From IMG/VR virus record IMGVR_UViG_3300045988_020405: a DNA stretch of 17,746 nucleotides; one strand, written 5' to 3'. Under the pieces are notes generated by a model that saw only the letters and a program-made list of their open reading frames with translations, did not search any database and had not been told where the DNA came from. Position numbers and translations under genes: made by a program. The DNA is from a virus. Shown in pieces: positions 1 through 5,233 of the stretch; within the stretch, counting starts at the first letter, position 1, and every line of letters starts with the position of its first letter.

Positions 1-99
1 TTTTTTTGCTGTTTTTTTGTGTGTTGGGCGTGTTGTTTTTTTGGTGTGTTATTATATAAGTATCAACCAAGGATATAGAAAGGATGGTGGTTGAGATGA
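1..99. repeat. Left inverted terminal repeat (99 bp)
   Basis: Bases 1-99 are the exact reverse complement of 17648-17746, checked base by base. Identity breaks at 100/17647. The repeat begins with T7, and the unit TTTTTTTG occurs at 1-8, 12-19 and 36-43. Confidence 0.95.
33..60 (+). promoter_or_regulatory. Candidate sigma70-type early promoter inside the left ITR
   Basis: TTGTTT (33-38), 16-nt spacer, TATAAG (55-60). An alternative is an extended -10, TGtTATTAT (47-55). It lies upstream of the first ORF. Motif reading only. Confidence 0.35.
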
Positions 100-311
100 C
101 TGGTATTTCTGTTTGTTTTGAGACTGGTGAGTTGGACGGGAAGGAGGTTCTTATCTTGCGCTATCGTCTAAGGAGGTTTGTGATTGTAAGATTCTTCACT
201 GAAACGTATGACCCTTGTTCTGGTGAGGTTTGTTCGGCTATGGATAATATGGTGGGCTTTGTTTATCGCTTGATGAGGTTTGTTTCTGAGCATCCTGAGT
301 GCTCCTATTGA
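84..311 (+). CDS. Hypothetical early protein (75 aa; the alternative start ATG 96 gives 71 aa)
   Basis: First ORF after the ITR promoter. GAAAGG abuts ATG 84, and GGTGG sits 5 nt before ATG 96. I recognise no homology. The coding strand is very G+T-rich. Confidence 0.45.
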   Translation: MVVEMTGISVCFETGELDGKEVLILRYRLRRFVIVRFFTETYDPCSGEVCSAMDNMVGFVYRLMRFVSEHPECSY

Positions 312-332
312 AAAGAGTGAAGGTGATAGATA

Positions 333-584
333 ATGTGGTGTTTTACTGTTACGCCTGATGATTTTACGGTGTTCGAAGTCACGCCTGAGTATGTGCAGAA
401 GAGGGGCCCATATCCAGCCGGTACGTTCAAGGAGGCGTTGGATGGCGTTCTTGATGTTGTTCGCCATGCGTTTGCCGGGTTTGATGTGTGTGTTGGTTTT
501 GCTCGTTCTTCGTTTGCCCCAGAAACGGGGGTTTTGAATGGTGTCGTTGAGGTGAGCTTGTCGTTTGAGGGGGGTGTCTGGTGA
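333..584 (+). CDS. Hypothetical early protein (83 aa)
   Basis: SD GAAGGTGA lies about 7 nt upstream of the ATG. It is tightly packed with its neighbours, and its stop overlaps the next start (TGATG). Confidence 0.55.
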   Translation: MWCFTVTPDDFTVFEVTPEYVQKRGPYPAGTFKEALDGVLDVVRHAFAGFDVCVGFARSSFAPETGVLNGVVEVSLSFEGGVW

Positions 585-826
585 TGGCGAGAGATGAGGT
601 CGTGTCCGTGGTCCCGTCCAAGTTTGAGTTTGGGGATGTGTGTGTGGTGTATTGTCCTCATAATCGGACGTATGAACTGCGGTATGCGGTGCAGTCTCAG
701 GCTGGCGGCGGGCGTCGTTTGGTTTGGTCGGCTGTGGCGTTTGATGCGTGCGATTATGCGCAAGTGGCTCATATGTTGGTTGATGCGAGGGCGTTGGCTG
801 ATACGTTGTTGGTAGAGAGGTGTTGA
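581..826 (+). CDS. Hypothetical early protein (81 aa; start GTG 581 or ATG 584)
   Basis: Start/stop overlap with the upstream ORF. A GAGGGGGG tract lies upstream. No recognisable domains. Confidence 0.5.
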   Translation: MMARDEVVSVVPSKFEFGDVCVVYCPHNRTYELRYAVQSQAGGGRRLVWSAVAFDACDYAQVAHMLVDARALADTLLVERC

Positions 827-828
827 TT

Positions 829-1338
829 ATGAAGAGCATTGATGACCGTTCGAATTGGTTTGATGATGGTGTTTTGGATGATGACCGTGTGCGCCGTGTC
901 GTTCGTGGCCGTCGGCGTAATCTGCATTTGCGTGAGTACAATAAAGGTGAGGGTGATTGGGAGACGTTTTGCCGTACCGTGGCACTGCTCAAGGGCTTCT
1001 ACAAGCCCCAAGGTGGTCAGGTGGCGTTTGCCGACAGTATCGAACATGCGGCGAACATTTGTCTAAGCATCTCGCCAAGTTCGTCAATGTATGCCGCATT
1101 GGTACGAACGCAGGACATTGAAATGTTGTCCGGGCTTATTTACTGTCCGGCGATGGTGGCGTGGTGCGCTGTCTGTCATGTCAAGGGCGCGTCAAGCTAT
1201 GAGATGTGCCAGACGTGGGAGGGTGATGAGTTCGCTCAGACTATCATCAAAATCGCGTGTCTCTGTTTTGACAATCTGACTGATGAACGGTATACTGATG
1301 AAGATATTGCAAGAATGTCACGACAGCAGCAACAATGA
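829..1338 (+). CDS. Hypothetical early protein (169 aa) with a Cys cluster
   Basis: ATG 829 is preceded by AGAGAGG at 8-nt spacing, which I prefer to GTG 820 from the ORF track. Contains C-x6-C-x2-C-H-x9-C (YCPAMVAWCAVCHVKGASSYEMC). Confidence 0.6.
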   Translation: MKSIDDRSNWFDDGVLDDDRVRRVVRGRRRNLHLREYNKGEGDWETFCRTVALLKGFYKPQGGQVAFADSIEHAANICLSISPSSSMYAALVRTQDIEMLSGLIYCPAMVAWCAVCHVKGASSYEMCQTWEGDEFAQTIIKIACLCFDNLTDERYTDEDIARMSRQQQQ

Positions 1339-1355
1339 AATAAGGTGGTATAATT

Positions 1356-1667
1356 ATGGCATATATTAAGCGAGCCAAGCATTATAGTATTGTGCGCGGT
1401 GTTACGCGCAGTGAAGACGGCGAACTCGTGGACACCGAAGTAGTCGTGGATGGCGCGTGCCGTACGCCTGACATGGCTATGAAAAAAGCCCGCAAGGTTA
1501 ACAAGGACATGCTACCCATGTCCGCCGAGTATCATGCGCAGGCAACGCGCATGGATGAGGCAATCTATTGGGCTAATTGCGAGTTTGGGGATGATATCAT
1601 TATCGACTATCCGGGGTCGGTTAACGGCAACGTGGTTGAAGATGATATCATTTCCGAGGAAAAATAA
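1356..1667 (+). CDS. Hypothetical protein; possible phi29 p6-like dsDNA-binding (histone-like) protein
   Basis: SD AAGGTGG. It is 103 aa (phi29 p6 is 104 aa by memory) with an acidic C-terminal tail (VVEDDIISEEK). It sits directly upstream of the SSB-like gene, as in the phi29 order 6-5-3-2. Sequence similarity by eye is weak. Confidence 0.4.
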   Translation: MAYIKRAKHYSIVRGVTRSEDGELVDTEVVVDGACRTPDMAMKKARKVNKDMLPMSAEYHAQATRMDEAIYWANCEFGDDIIIDYPGSVNGNVVEDDIISEEK

Positions 1668-1697
1668 TTACTAACCCTATAAGGAAAGGCAACACAA

Positions 1698-2135
1698 ATG
1701 GCTGACAACGAACTGACCGTAACGAACGGTAATAACTTTTCTGCGAACGGCGCTAATGCTGTGTCCCATTTCTTCGACACCACTACTATGGACGGTAAAA
1801 TGGCGCTCTATAACGCCATGCAGACCACCGACAAGGTGGACGAACATCTTAATGAACCACTGCATGTGACCAACGTGCTTGCGCAAGTTATCGAGGTCGC
1901 CAATCAGGAAACGGGTGAGATTGACTCTTCTACCCGCGTGGTCATTCACGCGGAAGAGGGCGACTTTGCCGCTGCCTCCCCCACATTGGCGCACGCTTTC
2001 GGTAATCTGTTCGCCATCTTCGGCACGCCGGACACGTGGGACCATCCGCTTGCTCTCAAGGTGGTGGAAAAGAAGAGCCGCCGTGGATTCAAGTTCTTCG
2101 ATCTTGAACTGGTGTCGGAAAAAGACCGTGGATAG
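1698..2135 (+). CDS. Probable phi29 p5-like single-stranded DNA-binding protein
   Basis: SD AAGGAAAGG. Eye alignment to remembered phi29 p5: FFDTTTMDGKMALYNA vs FDTETLEGQIKIFNA, and LALKVVEKKSRRGFKFFDLEL vs FKVKVVQGTSSKGNVFFSLQL. It lies upstream of the terminal protein and polymerase genes. Confidence 0.6.
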   Translation: MADNELTVTNGNNFSANGANAVSHFFDTTTMDGKMALYNAMQTTDKVDEHLNEPLHVTNVLAQVIEVANQETGEIDSSTRVVIHAEEGDFAAASPTLAHAFGNLFAIFGTPDTWDHPLALKVVEKKSRRGFKFFDLELVSEKDRG

Positions 2136-2197
2136 AATATTTGTCTATACCATATGATAGCATGGCAATGTCCCTATAGGGATGTTGCCGCCAAACT

Positions 2198-2238
2198 CAC
2201 CCCTCGCCGTTTTCCATCCTTGCGGCGAGGGGTGTTTT
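2198..2238 (+). terminator. Rho-independent terminator or attenuator
   Basis: Perfect 12-bp stem CACCCCTCGCCG (2198-2209) / CGGCGAGGGGTG (2223-2234) with a 13-nt loop, followed by TTTT (2235-2238). Confidence 0.6.
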
Positions 2239-2260
2239 ACACTCACGAGGAGAGAGGGCT

Positions 2261-3205
2261 GTGGCAAAACGTAAAAACAATCGACGTATTAACAGCCTGA
2301 AACGCAACGCCGCCATCAGGTCGGCACAGGTACGCCGAGAGCAAGCGGTCAGGGATTACAGTACCGGACACCTCCCCAAGCAAATCACCGAAACGTTTTT
2401 AGGAAAACTCAGCGCCCAACAACTCGAACAGGTCGCACGACGCATCGGGCAGGAATTCGGGGAACAACAGCAAGCCTTAAGGGCGCGGGACAGCGAGCCG
2501 TATCAGGTTGTCCCGGATGTGCATGTCACGAAACTTGATAGGGAGTTGGCGGCGCGCCCGTTGATTACCGACGCGGAAATCGCCGCCGCCCCGTCGAAAC
2601 GTCGGAAGACGTTCCGACAGCAGCAGCGCCGCCGCATCGAGGCACGGCAGAAAATCAAACGCGCCCAACAATTCGATGCATTGAGCATGGCCAGCTACAC
2701 AGTAGGCGAAGTACGTGAAATGGAACGCGCCGGAGAGTCCCCGTTCGACGTGTTGGGCACTCACACGGTCGGCGGTTCGGCGCGTGACGAACTCATACGC
2801 AACCGTGCGAACGTGTTCGGCTCGGAGCGCGGCATAAGCCACGCGCGTATGATGATACGAGAAGGGGGTAGAAGGAAGCTTGAACGAGAGTTGCTTGAAT
2901 ACGCCGGGCTTGTAGGTCGAGCGCCGTTGCATGCAGGCACTAGACAGATTTCCGGAGGCGAGGGGGTTTCGGATTTTGATAGGGTCTCGCAACAGCTTGA
3001 GGCATTCGATTACAGCATAGCTCAAAAATTCGCATCCCTGTCGAACCGTCAAAAACGATGGCTGATAAACAACACGAACTTCAGCACCGTTGTGCGGGAA
3101 GCCGCATGGTATAATGATAAAACACATAAATGGGAGACAAAAGCGGATGCAGGCGATGTAGAGACACGACTCGATGAATGGATGACCAGCGCGGCACGAC
3201 ACTAA
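2261..3205 (+). CDS. Probable terminal protein (protein primer)
   Basis: GTG start with SD GGAGAGAGGG. The 314-aa ORF lies immediately upstream of the protein-primed polymerase, as in phi29 gene 3 then gene 2. The N-terminus is strongly basic (MAKRKNNRRINSLKRNAAIRSAQVRREQAVR). The genome has ITRs. The call rests on position and composition, not on sequence homology. Confidence 0.6.
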   Translation: MAKRKNNRRINSLKRNAAIRSAQVRREQAVRDYSTGHLPKQITETFLGKLSAQQLEQVARRIGQEFGEQQQALRARDSEPYQVVPDVHVTKLDRELAARPLITDAEIAAAPSKRRKTFRQQQRRRIEARQKIKRAQQFDALSMASYTVGEVREMERAGESPFDVLGTHTVGGSARDELIRNRANVFGSERGISHARMMIREGGRRKLERELLEYAGLVGRAPLHAGTRQISGGEGVSDFDRVSQQLEAFDYSIAQKFASLSNRQKRWLINNTNFSTVVREAAWYNDKTHKWETKADAGDVETRLDEWMTSAARH

Positions 3206-3218
3206 AAAGGATGGAACC

Positions 3219-4679
3219 ATGAAAGAGCGTCGAACGGCGGCAACAGACGGCGCAACACTCTTGACGGATGACGGCACGGAACCATTGACGGCGAACGCCG
3301 TCATCCGGCTTACCATGCTCGACCATCATACACGCGTATGGTGCGCCCACGGATGGCAGGATATCAAGCCCATAGCCGCCGAACTGTTGAAACGACTCCC
3401 CTTGCAATCGAATCCAGCCAAGGACGGCGTGTGGGGAACGTTCAACATTCGCGGCCACTTCTACAGTTTTCGCGTGCGCATGGGCGGCATCACCGTGGAT
3501 TTTCTGGACGTGCGCAATGTCACGCGAGACGATGGCCTGAATGTTTCACGTGAAACATTCGGAGGAACCACCGACTTGGAAACCACGTGGAACATCGCGC
3601 AGGAATGCGCCGCCCTGAACCTCAAGGGCACGACCATAGCATCAATGGCGGTGACCGACTACATTGATGGCGATTACGCCGGATTCAAACGCCATTTTCC
3701 GCCATTGGACAAAGAGGCTTATCATCGGATGCGCCCCGCCTACTATGGGGCGATAGTGTACAGCAAACCGGGTGAATACCGGGATTGCCGGAGTTGGGAT
3801 GTGAACAGTCTCTACCCAAGTATCATGCGCGATGCCCCCATGCCGGTAGATGCCCCCGTGTGGTATGACGGGAAGTATCGTTATGATGCTGATTATCCGC
3901 TGCATATCGACGTTATCGCGTTTGACGCGCGATTGAAAACGGGGAAAACGGCAACGCTCACCAATATCCTGCCAGTATGGGGGTATGAGGGCGAACGCTT
4001 GGACAGTACGCTCGGCGTCGTCACCATGCCCATCACGGATGTGGATTGGGAAACGCTCACGGAAAACTATGACATCCACGTGTGGGAACATGTCGGCGGC
4101 TGGAAGTTCCGCAAATCACACGGGTTATATTATACGTATGTGGACAAATGGTTTCACGTGAAACAAACCGCGACCGGAGAGCGCAGGCAGATGGCGAAAC
4201 TGTTACTGAACTCACTGGTGGGAAAATTCGGGGCCTCGCTCTACCGGCCCATGTTGCATCCGAAACCGTCAGTGGATGGTGGGGTGGATTTTACCGTGGA
4301 CAAACCCGAGTCGGCCAACAGTCTGGCATGGTTGCCGACCGCCGCATATGTCAACGCCTACGGGCGACAAATATTGTCCCGGGCGATGAATGCGAACGCC
4401 GACCGTGTACTTTACGCCGATACCGACGGCATGATATTGGAAGGGTTGGATGCGCCCTCAGGTATCGAAACAGATGACCGGAAACTAGGGGCGTGGAAAA
4501 ACGACCACACCTACGAGAAGCTCAGTATCCTAGGCAATCGTAAATACTGCGGTGTGGAAGCGGGTGGAGATACGGTAATGCGTTTGAGTGGTGTGCATCG
4601 TGCCGCCCCCATCCCCTATGATGAGTTCCTGCCGGGAGCGCGTCACCTCAATGATGATGGCCATAGTTTCGTGCTATAA
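3219..4679 (+). CDS. Protein-primed family-B DNA polymerase (phi29 gp2-like)
   Basis: SD AAAGGA. Motif A is DVNSLYPS (nt 3798-3821), motif B is KLLLNSLVGKFG, motif C is YADTDG, and the KxY motif is NRKY. There is long collinear similarity to remembered phi29 gp2, for example GKYRYDADYPLHIDVI vs GKYVWDEDYPLHIQHI. Confidence 0.95.
   Translation: MKERRTAATDGATLLTDDGTEPLTANAVIRLTMLDHHTRVWCAHGWQDIKPIAAELLKRLPLQSNPAKDGVWGTFNIRGHFYSFRVRMGGITVDFLDVRNVTRDDGLNVSRETFGGTTDLETTWNIAQECAALNLKGTTIASMAVTDYIDGDYAGFKRHFPPLDKEAYHRMRPAYYGAIVYSKPGEYRDCRSWDVNSLYPSIMRDAPMPVDAPVWYDGKYRYDADYPLHIDVIAFDARLKTGKTATLTNILPVWGYEGERLDSTLGVVTMPITDVDWETLTENYDIHVWEHVGGWKFRKSHGLYYTYVDKWFHVKQTATGERRQMAKLLLNSLVGKFGASLYRPMLHPKPSVDGGVDFTVDKPESANSLAWLPTAAYVNAYGRQILSRAMNANADRVLYADTDGMILEGLDAPSGIETDDRKLGAWKNDHTYEKLSILGNRKYCGVEAGGDTVMRLSGVHRAAPIPYDEFLPGARHLNDDGHSFVL
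3539..3560. repeat. 22-bp perfect palindrome containing GTTTCACGTGAAAC (copy 1, inside the polymerase ORF)
   Basis: GAATGTTTCAC|GTGAAACATTC, read directly. It encodes LNVSRETF. Confidence 0.95.
4151..4164. repeat. 14-bp perfect palindrome GTTTCACGTGAAAC (copy 2, inside the polymerase ORF)
   Basis: Read directly. It encodes WFHVKQ, a different codon phase from copy 1. Confidence 0.95.
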
Positions 4680-4680
4680 T
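4672..4680 (+). promoter_or_regulatory. Perfect extended -10 element TGcTATAAT
   Basis: TGCTATAAT overlaps the polymerase stop codon (TAA 4677-4679). It would start transcription near 4687, at the beginning of the structured intergenic region. Confidence 0.4.
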
Positions 4681-4686
4681 AACTAA

Positions 4687-4850
4687 CAGCGGGGTGTGCG
4701 TCCCAAGTCGATTCGACGGCCCGACCGTAAGGCAAGTCGGTAAGGCGATTCGGTCGGATGTAGACGTGCGTAGCCAGCGCCCAGCGACGGCGAGGGAACC
4801 CGCACAGCCTAGCAAACCGGCATGACGGCGTGATTGCCGTCATGCCACTT
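4687..4850 (+). ncRNA. Candidate structured RNA (pRNA-like packaging RNA, or the 5' leader of the late operon)
   Basis: The 181-nt GC-rich gap has no credible ORF. A long-range helix pairs 4692-4704 with 4794-4810. An internal helix pairs 4721-4727 with 4751-4757. A perfect 11-bp hairpin spans 4819-4846. The extended -10 lies just upstream. There is no sequence homology evidence. Confidence 0.2.
4819..4846 (+). terminator. Strong hairpin (possible terminator or processing site)
   Basis: GGCATGACGGC (4819-4829) / GCCGTCATGCC (4836-4846) with loop GTGATT. It is followed by ACTTACTTT, a poor U tract. Confidence 0.4.
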
Positions 4851-4866
4851 ACTTTAAGAGGTGATT

Positions 4867-5211
4867 ATGGACGACACCGAAAACGATGACAAGCCGGACA
4901 CCACACCCGACACCGAGCCGGACGCCAAGCCAACCGACGATAATACGCCGAACCCGGAGTCTGAAACGCAGGATGACGGCGAACCGGAGGACGCGGGCGA
5001 CGACAAGGACGCCGACATGGCCAACCGTCTCAGCGCTTTGGAAGCGACGGTGGCGGAACTCTCCAAAACCATTGAGGCGATGCGCGATGCCGCCGCAGAC
5101 CACGTACTGAACGATGGCCCGGATGGCGACACGACGCCGGAATCGGCTGAAATGACAGACGATGACTACAACGGCACTTACAGCACGTTCGATGATTTGT
5201 TTGAAGACTAA
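4867..5211 (+). CDS. Probable scaffolding protein (gp7 analogue)
   Basis: ATG 4867 is preceded by AGAGGTG at 5-nt spacing. The 114-aa protein is very acidic with a predicted helical segment (ANRLSALEATVAELSKTIEAMRDAAA). It lies directly upstream of the capsid gene. Positional inference. Confidence 0.55.
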   Translation: MDDTENDDKPDTTPDTEPDAKPTDDNTPNPESETQDDGEPEDAGDDKDADMANRLSALEATVAELSKTIEAMRDAAADHVLNDGPDGDTTPESAEMTDDDYNGTYSTFDDLFED

Positions 5212-5233
5212 TAATTAGGAAGGATTGATTATC

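Noticed and set aside
168-992. Long antisense ORFs at the left end (274 aa at 168-992 and 155 aa at 305-772, minus strand).
   Set aside because: The + strand here is extremely G+T-rich, so the complement rarely forms stop codons. The translations are low-complexity (Pro/Thr/Arg/His/Ser-rich). They have no RBS and they overlap four well-spaced + strand ORFs that have SD sequences and coupled stops and starts.
1346-1354. TGgTATAAT, a perfect extended -10, just upstream of ORF 1356.
   Set aside because: It ends 1 nt before the ATG, so a transcript from it would start inside the ORF. The same bases form the SD (AAGGTGG) for that ORF, which is the simpler explanation. It could still be an internal promoter, but I cannot support that.
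4707-4717. GTCGATTCGAC, which superficially resembles a tRNA T-arm (GTTCGAxxC).
   Set aside because: The stem would be 4 bp with a 3-nt loop. No acceptor, D or anticodon arms can be built around it. I found no tRNA gene anywhere in the window.
4643-4843. A 66-aa minus-strand ORF covering the polymerase-scaffold intergenic region.
   Set aside because: It has no RBS and runs antisense to every neighbouring gene. Its start sits in the loop-proximal arm of a perfect hairpin. Its composition looks like GC-rich non-coding sequence, and RNA structure explains the region better.
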